From: Octopus vulgaris
Lineage: Eukaryota
Length of the DNA stretch: 64,000 bases
Reading direction: 5' to 3'
Assembly: GCA_951406725.2 (NCBI GenBank)
Contig: OX597828.1
Location: forward strand, 68,014,001-68,078,000
Position 1 is the first letter of the stretch. Each line of letters opens with the position of its first letter. Shown here piece by piece: positions 50,910 to 64,000 of the stretch. The translations under genes and the position numbers were made by a program. The notes beneath the pieces were generated by a model. It made no database searches. It had not been told where the DNA came from and was given only the letters and a program-made list of their open reading frames with translations.

Positions 50910-53900
50910 TCGTTTAACGTCTGTTTTCCATGCTAGCATGGGTTGGACGGTTCGACCAGGGTCTGGGAAGCCAGGAGGCTGCACCAAGCTGAGTTTGATC
51001 TGGCAATGTTTCTATGGCTGGATGCCCTTCCTAACGCCAACCACTCCATGAGTGTAGTGGGTGCTTTTTATGTGCCACCGGCACAGGTGCCAGGGGAGGC
51101 TAGCAACGGCCATGATCGGTTGGTGCTTTTTAGGTGCCAGGGTTAGGCTGGCAAAGGCCACGATCGGTTGGTGCTTTTTACGTGCCACCAGCACGGAAGC
51201 CAGTCAAGGTGGCACTGGCTTTGGCCACATATGGATGGTGCTTTTTAGGTGCCATGGTAGGCTGGCAACGGCCACGAATGGTTGGTGCTTTTTAGGTGCC
51301 AGGGTAGGCTGGCAACGGCCATGATCGGTTGGTGCTTTTTAGGTGCCAGGGTAGGCTGGCAACAGCCACAAATGGTTGGTGCTTTTTACGTGCCACTGGC
51401 ACGGAAGCCAGTCAAGGTGGCGCTGGTATCAGCCACTTACCGATGGTGCTTTTTAGGCTACTCATGACCCATGGTTTAGGTAATAAAATATTGAAGCTGA
51501 TTTTAACATTGCATTGAAATGAAAGTTAATTTTATGATGATTCAGTTAAATATTTCAATTTGTTCGTGTCATCATAGGTCTGGTTTACAAATTCATTTTT
51601 AAAGTTTTATTAATCATTCACAGTATCTAATAGAATACTTATGGCACATGTGCACACTTCTACAAAATTGCAAAAGGAATTGTTATATAATGTAAGCATA
51701 AAATTAATGGAAACAGCTTTCACAGTATTAAAAACAGTAATTCATTCACCATGTCACGGTTCACCTATCACATCCTCAAAACATCACAGGTTTCTGTGGC
51801 CAATAGGTATTTATATATTTTTTTTTTTAGATTTTAATTATTTCTGTGGTAAAATAAACCTTTTCACACAAAAACTACATGTTTTGGGGACTCGGCAAGC
51901 AAGCCGTTGTTCTGTGTGTTCACCATTTCTTCATACTAGAGCTTCCGACACAAATGCCAAGCATTACAGCATGTCATTTCCAAACTTCTGGCAGAGTGAA
52001 TTGTGTCATGGTTCTGTTTTCCCCACAGACGGTGCCCAACTGACCCTACTATACTGTGTAGTTAACAAAATCAAAAGCAAACAATGTGCATGTGCAAAAT
52101 TAAAAGTATAAAATGGCAAAACTTTACCCATTGCACCCTGTATATGTGTGTGTGTATGTATATATATATATATATACACACACACACTCCAGTGAAGGCG
52201 CGTGGTTAGTGTCGAGCTTACGATCGTGAAGCTGTGAGCTCAAATCCCGGACCGGGCTGCGTGTTGTGTTCTTGAGCAAGACACTTTATTTCACGTTGCT
52301 CCAGTTCACTCAGCTGTAGAAATGAGTTGCAACGTCACAGGTGCCTAGCTGTATCGGCCCCTTTGCCTTCCCCTTGGATAACATCTGTGGCATGGAGAAG
52401 GGGAGACTGGTATGCATGGGTGACTGCTGGTCTTCCATAAAGCAACCTTGCCCGAACTTGTGCTTTGAGAGGGTAACTTTCTAGGTGCAATCCCATGGTC
52501 AGTCATGACCGAAGGGGGTCTCAGACAAAAATACTCCAGTCCCCAACTGTTAAATGTTTTAGCAACTCTAGAAAAATGAAAGACAAGGCAACACTGAGTG
52601 TAAAGACTATGGTTAAATCCATTAAACATTAATCCCATTTTGTTAAATCCATCAGGCATTAATCCCATTTTGTATTGATTGTGCCAAGCCATCTACACTC
52701 TACGGATTATTGCGAGAGACTTCATATATTATTAGCTCTGTGTGTGTTATGGAAGTCTGTTTATTTCTAGGAGAGGAAGATAAGAAGTAAAATATATACA
52801 CACACACATTCATTCTCTCTCTCACATTGTTCTTTTACAAGTTCCAGTCATTGCAAGCCCTGCCCTTAAGGGATCAGATGACCATATTATCCCCAGTACT
52901 TATCTTTGAGCATTTATCTCTGTTCATCAAATTATTAGCTTTCAGTAGATATAAACAAACTTAAAGACGGCAAGCTGGCAGAATCATTAGCACGCCGAGC
53001 GAAATGCGTAGCCGTATTTCGTCTGCTGTTACGTTCTGAGTTCAAATTCCACTGGGGTCGATAAATTAAGGACCAGTTACACACTGCGGTCGATATAATC
53101 GACTTAATCCGTTTGTCTGTCCTTGTTTGTCCCCTCTATGTTTAGCCCCTTGTGGGCAATAAAGAAACATATACAAACAAAATTCACAGATGGTTAAATG
53201 GTATAAATGAAACAGGGATCTATGGATGACAGGAGCTGGGGAGCCACAATAGGTTCCAGCTGTCTGTTTTGGCATGGTTTCAATGGTTGGGTGTTCTTCC
53301 TAATGTCAACCATTTTACAGAGTGTACTGGGAGTTTTGTAAATGGCACCATACGAGTGAGATCATTGCCAGAGCAACAAGCTGGCCTTCGTGCCGATGGC
53401 ACGTTGCGCACACCATTCGAGCGTGATCGTTACCGTATTGCCTAACTAGCACTTGTGCTGGTGGCATGTGAAACATTCAAGCGAGGTCGTCGCCAGTGCC
53501 ACTGGACTGGTTCCTGTGCAGGTGGCATGTAAAAATTCACCATTTGGGCATGGCCGTTGCCAGTACCACCAAACTGGCCCTCGTGCCGGTGGCATGTAAA
53601 AGCACCCACTACACTCTCGGAGTGGTTGGCGTTAGGAAGGGCATCCAGCTGTAGAAACTCTGCCAGATCAGATTGGAGTCTGGTTCGCCAAACCTCAGTC
53701 AAATCATCCAACCCATGCTAGCATGGAAAGCGGGCGTTAAATGATGATGATGATGATGGTGCACCAGCACAAGTGCTTTATATGTGGAACCATCATGAGT
53801 GTCTCTTAACATGGCACCAACAAGGGATGCTTCTTATGTGACACCAGCTTGAGATTTTTTTTTATGTGGAACCAGCACCTGCAGGCTTGCAGGACAAGGG

Positions 53901-54550
53901 CCTCTCAACTGAGAGAGGAAATGGAACTGAGAGATTAGAGCATGATACAGAGACCAGGGTTAGCCCTCTTACTATTGAGAAGATATTTGGCTGCCTCAGT
54001 AGGACAAGGGAGGAGAGGAAGGTGGGAGAGAGTTAGAGGGCCTTCTGATAGGGAACAATGGGAGTATTATAAGTAGTATAGAGGGGGGATGTTCCATAAG
54101 AGTGTGAAGGGAGATGTTTAGAGATAGCAGAGATAGCAAGTGATGTTGAGAAGAATTGAAGTGGCTAGGAGGGAGTAGAGTAGGTATGTGAGGGCATAGA
54201 GAGTGTGCTGATAGGCACATGTGGGAGAAAGGAGGGGGCCTGCAGTGGGGTGGGGAAGATGGGTTGTGGGGAATGTTTGATTGTAAAAAGAATTGTGTGT
54301 GAGAGTCAGGGCGGAGGGCATTGTCATAAAGGATATGCCTATTACTCTTTTACTTGTTTCAGTCATTTGACTGCGGCCATGCCAGAGCACCGCCTTTAGT
54401 CGAAGAAATCGACCCCAGGACTTATTCTTTGTAAGCCTAGTATTTATTCTATCGGCCTCTTTTGCCGAACCACTAAGTTACAGGGAAGTGAACACACCAG
54501 CATCAGTTGTCAAGCGATGTTGGGGGACAAATACAGACACACAAACATAT

Positions 54551-54587
<37 letters not shown>

Positions 54588-54729
54588 CTACGGGCTTCTT
54601 TCAGTTTCCGTCTACCAAATCCACTCACAAGGCTTTGGTCAGCCCGAGGCTATAGTAGAAGACACTTGCCCAAGGTGCCACACAGTGGGACTGAACTTGG
54701 AACCATGTGGTTGGTAAGCAAGCTACTCT

Positions 54730-55300
54730 TCTCAAGCACAGCAAATTGCCAGAAATCTCAGTCCCTTGTCTATGAGGCCCAGCTTCTGAAGATACTTTCT
54801 CACCACTTGGTCCCACAACTTCCTGAGTCTACCCTTTCCACAAGTTCCCTCTACAATAATAGATCAGCACTTCTTTATACAGCTGTCCTCATCCATATGC
54901 ATCATATGACCAAACCAGCACAGTTTTCTCTCTTGTACACTACATGCGATGCCCCTCACACCCAGTTTTACTTTCAAATCATTTACGCTCTGTCATACAA
55001 CTCTGAGAAAGGCCATTTGTTACCAACAAAGGTAGAAGCTGTCTAAACTTTTCCCAGCCTTTTCTTATTTTGGCAACTATGGTTTCAGAACTTCTTCCTC
55101 CGCTGCTAACTTGATTGCTTAGGTAACATAAGCTATCTACTACTTCTAAGGGTTCCACCTGACATTTGAGTAAGTTTGTTCTCTGTACACTCTTAGTGTT
55201 TATTCTACCCATACATCTGCCACACCCAAGGACTACTTTCTCTGTAAACCTTCCCATGATGCTGCTGCACCTCTTATGTTTCTATTCGCTTGCACTGGGT
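54730..55300 (-). mobile_element. RTE LINE fragment
   Basis: CGRCMGRI...LEVVDSLCYLSNQVSSGG...KIRKGWEKFRQLLPLL. Confidence 0.8.
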
Positions 55301-55439
55301 ACACCAGTGTTTCTACCAAAACCTTTTCTTCATAGCGAGCAGGGTCATCATCTCCCTGAAGGGATCTGTAATTTGTTTGTTTTCCTATTAAGACTGTGGT
55401 CTTTGCTAAATTAGCTACAAGGCCTTTTGGTTCCAGACC

Positions 55440-56480
55440 TTACTTCCACACCTGAAATTTCCTTGGGTTTCTTTATAGTTTCTGTGGATCAAATTTCCAT
55501 GGATCAAAGTAAAAGAACATCCCTGGAAAATAATGAACAGTCTGGAAGACCTACCATGAGCATCATCCCCGGAAAAGTGGGGAAAATTCGTCAGCTTGTG
55601 TCTGAGAATTGTTGGAGGATAAACAACAAACTTGTTGATGTTGTTGGTCTGTTGTATGGGTCCTTGCTAACAATCCTCATGTCTGTCTTGAACATCTCGC
55701 ATGTCTGTGAACATGTCTTGTGAATATGTCATGTCTGTGAACATGTCATGTCTGTGAACATCACATCAAGGTCTGTCTAGATCTCAGTCAGCATGCCACT
55801 GACGACCCCTCTTTCATGTCGAAGATCATCACTAATGACAAGAGTTGGGTCTGTGCATGTGACCCCGAGACAAAGCAGCAGTCATCACATTTGAAGAGCC
55901 CTTCGTCTCCATGACTGAAAGAAGCACGACAGAGATGCAGCTCAATCAAGAGCATGTTCATCATTTTTTTTTTTTTCGACATTCATGGTATTGTCCATTG
56001 GGAATACATCCCCCAGGGACTGACCATCAGTTGAGACTTCTGCTTCAGTGTTTTGAAGTGTTTGAGGGAGGACATTTGGCGAAAGGGACCGAATCTGTGG
56101 AGCTTGGAGAATTGGATTCTTCACAACAACAATACACCCTTTCATTAACCTCCCCTCACTCATGAGTTTTTCACCAATAAACAACATGGTATCACTTCTG
56201 TACCTGACCTATTTGCCAGATTTGCAGACTTCCATCTCTTCCGCAAGATGAAAAGGCAGCTCAAAGATCATTGTTTTAACACAGTTATTGAGATCCAGAG
56301 CAAACTGCAGAAGGTCCTTGGCTTATGGAAAACAACTTCCAGGTTGGATTCCAAAAGTGGCAGGAACACTGGAACTGGTGTATTGCTGTGACTATTTCAA
56401 AGGAAATGATGTTAAAACTTAGGTAAATAAGTTATTTTTCATTAAATATAACTAGTCTGGGAACTTTTTGATACCATCTT
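55440..56480 (+). mobile_element. Decayed mariner transposase
   Basis: SLENNEQSGRP; KIITNDKSWV..DPETKQQS; FFDIHGIVHWEYIPQG; many stops and frameshifts. Confidence 0.8.
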
Positions 56481-57979
56481 ATATACAACGGGCTTCTTTC
56501 AGTTTCCTTCTAACAAATCTACTCACAAAGCTTTGGTTGGCCCAAGGTGCCACACAGTGGGACTGAATCTGGCCGGAACCATGGAGTTGGGAAGTGACCT
56601 TCTTTCCACACAGCCAACACACAAAATAAAACGTAAACAATCACCACTCCACCACCATTAATCAATACTGATAGAAAATGAACAAACGAAGAGGAGGGGG
56701 GTGTCTTGATAATGGTGAAAATAGATTTTAAAAAACCCACATGCATACAACAGTCACTACAATAAAAAACTAAATATAAAGCAAGGTAACAGGGTAGGTA
56801 TGAGGTTGTACTAAGCAGTGGTGGTGGTGGCTGAGCAAAAAAGTCATTGAATAATAAACTCTTGTGTCACTTGAACTGATAAAAAAAGTTTTGGTTTGAT
56901 CCTGACAAAAGAGGTTTAAGGTGTGTCAGTGTGTCACCGTCTTACTCATAACAGTTACCAGATTTTATTCAGCTTATTTTATATTTTCATGGTTTTTTTC
57001 TTGTCATTCTCCTTTGTTGAAGTCAATGCAATCAATTAACCCCACTCCCCTCAAAATTGTCGGCCTTGTGCCTTATTACTTTTTGCCTTTTTTTAAGGCG
57101 GTGAGCTGACAGAACTGTTCCCATGCCAGGTGGAAATACTTAGCAGCATTTCATCCGTCTTTACATTCCATTCCATGTTCAAAATTCTTGCTATGGTTGA
57201 CTTTGCCTTTCCTCCTTTTGGGATCAATAAAATAAGTACCAGCTGAACTCTGGGTCAATGAAATCAACTTACTTCAACCCCAAAATTGCTGACCTTGTAC
57301 TAAAAGTTGAAACCAATGTTTTTCATTTTTTTTGCAGTGAGCTGGCAGAATCATTAGCATACTGGGCAAAATGCTTGCTGGCATTTTCTCTTTCTTTACA
57401 TTCTGAGTTCAAATTTAGCCATGGTTGACTTTGCCTTACGACCTTTCAAGATCAATGAAACAAGTACCAGATGAGTACTTGGGTCATTATTTCTGCTTTA
57501 CACAGTTTCTTAAACTGGCTTGGTTTTCTTTTAAGGTTTCCTCATCAGTCTGAGACTTCAGACAGAAAAAAACCTTTTGCAGGATATGAGTAGTGCCTAA
57601 TGATGTAGCACTTTTTATATAGTGCCAATGCCATATTTGGGTTTAAGTTGATCAAAGAATTGCAACAATTTCTTTGGGATGGACCCCAGTGCCCTTACCA
57701 TTTCAGGAATGACTTTTGTAGTGGTGTTCCTCATTCTTGGTAGTTACACCTACAAGTTGGCATTGATGGGAATCAATTCAACTTTTTTAGCAGCCACATT
57801 ATGGTCATCTGGGACAGCTATATCAATAGTAAAAGTTTAGAGGGTCTCTTTGACCACCAATATGATGTCACTCTGTCCATGTGTACATTAAAGTCTCACA
57901 GAATTTTAGCACTGTTCTCCATGACTGTCTGTGCTCTCTCCTCTATTCACCCAAATTCTCATGTACTTTTAATCTAGAG

Positions 57980-58750
57980 CAGTGGTTCTCAACCAATTTT
58001 GTTATGGACCCCGCCCCCGATTCTTAGTTTTCCTTACTGGACCCCCATTCAATGTTTAAATAAAGCCTAGGTTATATATATATATATATACATATCAAGT
58101 AGGTACTGTAAATTTAGGGTGAATACTTGATAAGTGTAAGCACCTGTATATGCCAGAAAGTGGCAGAGGTGAGAGAGAATATATCAAATAAAATTGAAAA
58201 CAGAACACAAAGGATATCGTGGTACACGTGTTTCAAGCTTTATAAACAACCTGTTCTTACATCAGTCAACATAGTCAACTCTATGTTGCCTGGTGATACA
58301 GTATGGGCAGATTTTCGAAATCCAATGAATCTTTATACATTTATACAGTTAGGAAATTTTACAAGTGCACTTTTTTCAAGGAGATATGATAAACCTATTA
58401 TAATGGGTAATATTACATGTGCTTTTCATATTTTTTATGTTGTGATGTAATTCTTTGGACTAACAATGTTTGTGGCTGAAGAGAGCTTTAAACCATCTTT
58501 TATATCAATAATACACTGATGTTATAAGCTTGAAACACGTGTACTGCGATATCCTTTGTGTTCTGTTTTTAATTTTATTTGATATATATACATATATATA
58601 ATTAAATATTATTAGGAATTGTGTGGAAAAAAATGTTAAAATATTTGTTTTATTTAAAAGTATAATCAATTTATTGCCAATAAACTTTAATGACAACATT
58701 TTATATGCACCTCTAAGGATCATCATGTAGACCTCGGTTGTGAAGCACTG
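57980..58750. mobile_element. hAT MITE carrying a nested Penelope-like insert
   Basis: Ends CAGTGGTTCTCAACC and GGTTGTGAAGCACTG; TSD atctagag/acccagag. Confidence 0.75.
58470..58549 (+). ncRNA. Type I hammerhead ribozyme
   Basis: TTGTGG CTGAAGA GAGCTTTAAAC...GTTATAAGCTT GAAA C-ACGT-G TA CTGCGA. An inverted copy of its 3' half lies at about 58180-58247. Confidence 0.82.
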
Positions 58751-61249
58751 ACCCAGAGCTTAGAGAGGCCCCAGTTAATGTACTGACACATTGTGGTAGG
58801 CTTTGTGTGCATGTTTGTGTGATCATCCAACATGCACGAACTGTGTGCACATTCTCTACAGCTTTCCCACACAAGCAGCTCTTGTCACATTCAGCATTCT
58901 TGCAGACAGACTGCTTTATGGACCTCATCCTGAGCTACAATGATAATGGCAAGCTGGCAGAGCCATCAGCATGCCACACGCAGTGCTTGGTGGCTTTTCT
59001 TTCAGCTTTTTTATGTTCTGAGTTCAACTTCCACTTTCAGGGTCAATGAACTAAAGTACCAGTCATGTACATGGGGAAGGGCAGTGTCAGTGTCATTGAC
59101 TAAAAATTTCCCCTAAAATTATTAGTCTTTTATCAAAGTTTGAAGCAATTTTTACCTTAATTGATAAGGTGGCAAGCTGGCAGAATCATTAGCACACAGG
59201 GCAAAATGCTTAGCAGCATTTCATCCATCTTAACATTCTGAGTTCAAATTCCACTGAGGTTGACTTCACCATTCATCCTTTCAGGGTCAATAAAATAAGT
59301 ACCTATTTCTTTACTACCCACAAGGGGCTAAACACAGAGAGGACAAACAAGGACAGACAAACGGATTAAGTCGATTATATCGACCCCAGTGCGTAACTGG
59401 TACTTAATTTATCGACCTTGAATGGATGAAAGGCAAAGTCGACCTCGGCGGAATTTGAACTCAGAACGTAGCGGCAGATGAAATACTGTTAAGCATTTCG
59501 CCCGGCGTGCTAACGTTTCTGCCAGCTCGCTGCCTTTAATAAAATAAGTACCAGTTAAACACTGGGGTTGATGTAACTGGCTTTCCCACCCTTCCCTTAC
59601 ACCCTTCCCACAAAATTGCTGACCTTGTTCCAAAATTTGAAATCATTATTATTAAGGCGATAAGCTGGCAGAATCGTTAGCACACTGGACGAAATTCTTA
59701 GCAGTATTTTGCCCATCACTACGTTCTGAGTTCAAATTCCGCCTAGGTCAACTTTGCCTTTTATCCCTTCAGGGTCTATAAATTGAGTACCAGTGAAACA
59801 CTGGGGTCAATGTAATTGACTAGTCCCTCCCCACAAATTTCAGGCCTCTTTCTTCCAGTAGAAAGGATTATTATTATTATTATTATTGTGAGCTGGCAGA
59901 ATCATTTCAACACGAAACTAACTGCTTAGCAACACTTTGTCCACCTTTGCATTCTGAATTCAAATTCTGCTAAGGTCAACTCTGCCTTTCATCCTTTGGG
60001 GGTTGATAAAATGAATATCTGTTGAATACTGGGGTCAGTGTATAATCAACTTACCTCACCCCTCAACATTGCTGGCCCTGTGCCAAAGTTTGAAACCATT
60101 ATTAGTGAAGGCAGCAGTATTGTTTCCAGCCATGTTTGTTTGTTTGTCCGTTGACAAGATATCCCAAGAACTGCAGGAGGGATTTGGATGAAACTTTCAG
60201 GGATGCTTGGCCTTGTGACTGGCACAAACTGATTAGATTTTAGGATTGATCTGGTACCAGACAAGGATTCTGGATTATTTTTCCTGTTTTTTTAACTTTT
60301 GAGAGTGGCCAGGTTCATTTTTTGTATTCTCGTTTGTGAGAGCAGTTGAGTTTATTTCAGATATTCTCATTTTAAAAATCATCTCTGATTAATCATTGAG
60401 AGAATGTTGGTGTTGCCTTGGCGGAAGTTTTCACTCTGAGTGATCTTGTTAATATTATTATAAAAGAGGTGAAATGGCAGAATTGTTAGCCAGCTGGACA
60501 AAATGCTTAGCAGCATTTCTTCTGTCTTTGTGTCCTGAGTTTATGTCCTGAGGTTGACTTTGCCTTTTATCTTTTGGGGGTTGATGAAAAAAGTACCAGT
60601 TGAACACTGGGGTTGATGTAATGTGACTAGACCCTGCCCCCAAATTTCGGACTTTGTGCCTATAGTTGAAAGGATTATTATTATCATATGGCACCCGCGC
60701 CGGTGGCATGTGTAAAAGATTCGAGCGAGGTCGTTGCCAGTGCCGCCTGACTGGACCCATGCTGGTGACACGTAAAAAGCACCCACTACACTCTTGGAGT
60801 GGTTGGCGTTAGGAAGGGCATCCAGCTGTAGAAACTCTGCCAGATCAAGATTGGAGCCTGGTGCAGCCATCTGGTTCGCCATCCCTCAGTCATTCGTCCA
60901 ACCCATGCTAGCATGGAAAGCAGACATTAAACGATGATAATGGTGATGATGATATCAAAAATCTTGACCGTTATATTTGTCTTTTTTTGTTCTTTATTAG
61001 GTTTTTTTTTTTGTTTGTTTATCATACAAGAAGCATTAGTTATTTCTACAATTTTTACTCCCACGTATTCCAATAGACATCTTCTTTCTGTTTTGAGCGT
61101 TTTGTACTTTGATGTAACTTTGGACTATATTATCCTTTGCAGGCAAGATTTACAACCATCTACAAGACACAACACCCAACTAAAGAACCTATTAAAAACT
61201 GCATGGATTCAGCTGTGATGGGGAAATATACGATTAAAGAAAATCTGCC

Positions 61250-61800
61250 GGAGCTACTTTGAGAAAAGGTATATTAAAACTTAAAATAACAAATTAGATT
61301 CTGGCTGTGAATTGGAAGAGAATCTGAGGAGAAGCAGCCATTTAAGTAGTTAGGAATAGATAAAAAGGATAAAACCTAGAATTGAAGGAGAGCATTGAGA
61401 GAAGGTTCTACAGAACAGTCTAGACTAATATTAAATACAAAATTGAATGCCAGAAATAAGATTATAGGTATAAATACACCAGTCGATGGACAGTTACATG
61501 CACAGCTTCTGTAAAATAAATTGGAAGTCAACTGAAGAAGTTAGAAATAAAAGCCAGGAAACTAATCACTGTGTTTCGGAATCGCTGAAGTTGGTATGAG
61601 TAAGATTATAGTAAATTTGAATGGAAGATGGGTCTGGTACAAATAGAAAAGTATTTCAAAGGAACCGCAGTGGGTCTAGGTAAATAGAAGCAATCAAAGG
61701 TAGACTGACTAATGTAATATATTATCATCATCACCATCGTCATCCTGAACTGAATCAAAGTAAACTTTTCCTTCTATATAAGGAAATAATAAAGTATAAA
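61250..61800 (+). mobile_element. Old R4/Dong-like LINE remnant
   Basis: LILNTKLNARNKIIGINT and GLVQIE resemble R4-clade RT C-terminal motifs; heavily decayed. Confidence 0.55.
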
Positions 61801-62009
61801 CGTATGTCTAATTACAGCCAGGAAAAGGTTTAAAAAGGAGTAAAAAGTAAGGAAGAAAAAAAAAGAATGAAATTAACGTATAACACAAAATATAGCCAAA
61901 AGGGAGAAAGAAGAATTTGAAGAGAAAAAGAATCTCTTGATTCTTCATATCCTGCAAGATTGAGCAAAAAGGAAGTGAGCCACATCTGCAAAGTCACAAT
62001 GACTTTAGT

Positions 62010-62091
<82 letters not shown>

Positions 62092-62798
62092 ATATATGAA
62101 TTAAAGACCAAAATGGAAGCTTTGCCTTTACTTCCACAACATCAATATGTTGCCACAAAAACTTACGACATTAATTAAATGTGAAACGAATGTAGTTTTC
62201 TGAATTTTCTGCCTAAGCGCTGATGTTCACTTCCAAAATGTCAAAGCTGTAGTGTACGACTGGGCACCAACTACTGCAGCTCAGATTTGGGTATTGGCTA
62301 CCAAATATCTTTTTAGACCCATCATCTTATTTCGAATTTTTGACTTTCAGTTTTTAAAAATTAGTCTGACTCTTCTTCATTTTTTTATGGAGGAATTTTA
62401 TATTTAACTAATTTAATTAGCTCCAAAATATTTCTTCTGTTCTTCTTTAATTCAATGTGTAAATCTATTACTATTTTTTTTGTTGTTGTTTCCATTTCTT
62501 CCTGACTGTCTTCCCAACACCTAGGGCAAAGAAACTCGCTGTACACATTGATAGGCCATTAAGATAAACAGGTAGAGCCTGGTGCAGCCTCCTGGCTTCC
62601 CAGACCCCGGTCGAACCGTCCAACCCATGCTAGCATGGAAAATAGACGTTAAATGATGATGATGATGTGGCCATAAATTACCTTCGCAATTTGAAAAATT
62701 CAGAAAAAACACTGAAAAATAAGGGTAACTCAGCAGAGTTTATTGGAAAGAAAAAAGTCGGCAAGTAAAGTTTTATCAGAAACATCAGAACGCTTTAA

Positions 62799-63017
62799 CC
62801 CTTTCATTACCATATTTATTTTGAGATGCTCTGTGTTTCTTTCAGTTAATTTTAAATATAACAAAGAATTTAGTAAAATAACTTCGTTATCATTCAGCTA
62901 GTATTAGAAACATAAATTGTGACTAAGGTTTGGTGGAAGATTTTAATTCAGAACTTATGAAAACAAGACATTTGTACTCAGAACCAGAAGGGGTCAGCCA
63001 GGTTGGTAATGAAAGGG
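62799..63017. mobile_element. piggyBac-type MITE
   Basis: TTAA|CCCTTTCATTACC...GGTAATGAAAGGG|TTAA. Confidence 0.85.
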
Positions 63018-63705
63018 TTAATGCGGGTTCCTCCGTTCATTGCAAAGGTTGATGGATGGATTTCAGCTTTAATAGATACAATAAATTGTAAATATAATTT
63101 ATGAATCCCCTATTGTTCAAGATGCTTTCATGCAGAGGGATCAGGATTTTGTAATGCCTTTCATCACAGGTCGGCTCAGTCAGGCTGACCTGGGCTAAAT
63201 TACAACTCGGAATTCTAAATATTTGTCTGTCTGTCTGTCTCTCTGTCTGTGTGCGTATGTAATACACACCAATCTGGACCATGCTAAAATAGATGATAAT
63301 GACATATTTATACATAATCAATATGTGTGCATGTTCGTATGTATGTGTGTGTGTGTGTGTGTGTGCGCACTCACACGCATACACAGATGATATAGATAAT
63401 GTAATGATAAGTAAATGTGTGTGTTTGTATGTGAGGGTGCATGTATATTATCATTTTAACATCCACTTTTCCATGCTTGCATGAGTTGGATAGTTTATTA
63501 AGGTAGATTTTATTTTTTATTATGACTGGATGCTTTCTTGTTGCCATCTCTCACCTGTTTCCAGGTAAGATAATATTATCCCATAACCAGACATGTTTTC
63601 TCAGAATATTGAAAATGAATGACACCGCTTGTATGACAGTGACACTCCTTTACTTGATATCTATACATGGAAACAGAAACGTGTTCACACATCACACACA
63701 CACAA

Positions 63706-63738
<33 letters not shown>

Positions 63739-64000
63739 GAAAGAAGGCAGAAAATGGAGAAATATTAATGAACAACAATTGACTTCAATTATCATTTATT
63801 AATTCAATACAAATAGACTGCATCCCATCTAACAGCTGTTTCTGCTTCCAATTGTTGTGTGGTATTGCCATTGATATGCTCATTACCAACGTCACCTTAC
63901 TGGCACCTGTGCCGGTGGCATGTGCAAAAGATTCGAGCGAGGTCGTTGCCAGTGCTGCCTGACTGGCCCTGTGCCGGTGGCACGTAAAAGCACTCACTAC

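Noticed and set aside
57490-57560. Minus-strand CTGATGA...GAAAC-TGT-GTA hammerhead-like spacing
   Set aside because: Stem I and the base of stem II do not pair; at best a very eroded copy.

Overview
AT-rich, microsatellite-dense eukaryotic DNA. The SINE/LINE repertoire suggests a coleoid cephalopod, most likely Octopus (inference). There is no complete host gene, and most of the supplied ORFs are microsatellite or repeat artefacts. The window holds decayed mariner and pogo transposases, CR1, RTE and R4-like LINE pieces (one CR1 3' ORF is still open), three tRNA-headed SINE families, piggyBac, hAT and Merlin-like MITEs, Helitron/Helentron derivatives, and weak candidate exons. Two observations stand out. 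(1) A full-length U6 snRNA copy is fused directly to the 3' terminal stem-loop of the CR1-type LINE also present in this window, so it is a U6/LINE chimera or possibly a U6-headed SINE. (2) Several distinct non-coding inserts, mostly in (TA)n tracts, carry hammerhead-ribozyme folds. Two have a canonical core (17291-17398 and 58470-58549), one three-copy family has a variant A6U core, and others are degenerate. Inverted-end structures accompany some of them, pointing to Penelope-like/retrozyme-type elements. All folds and alignments were done by eye.
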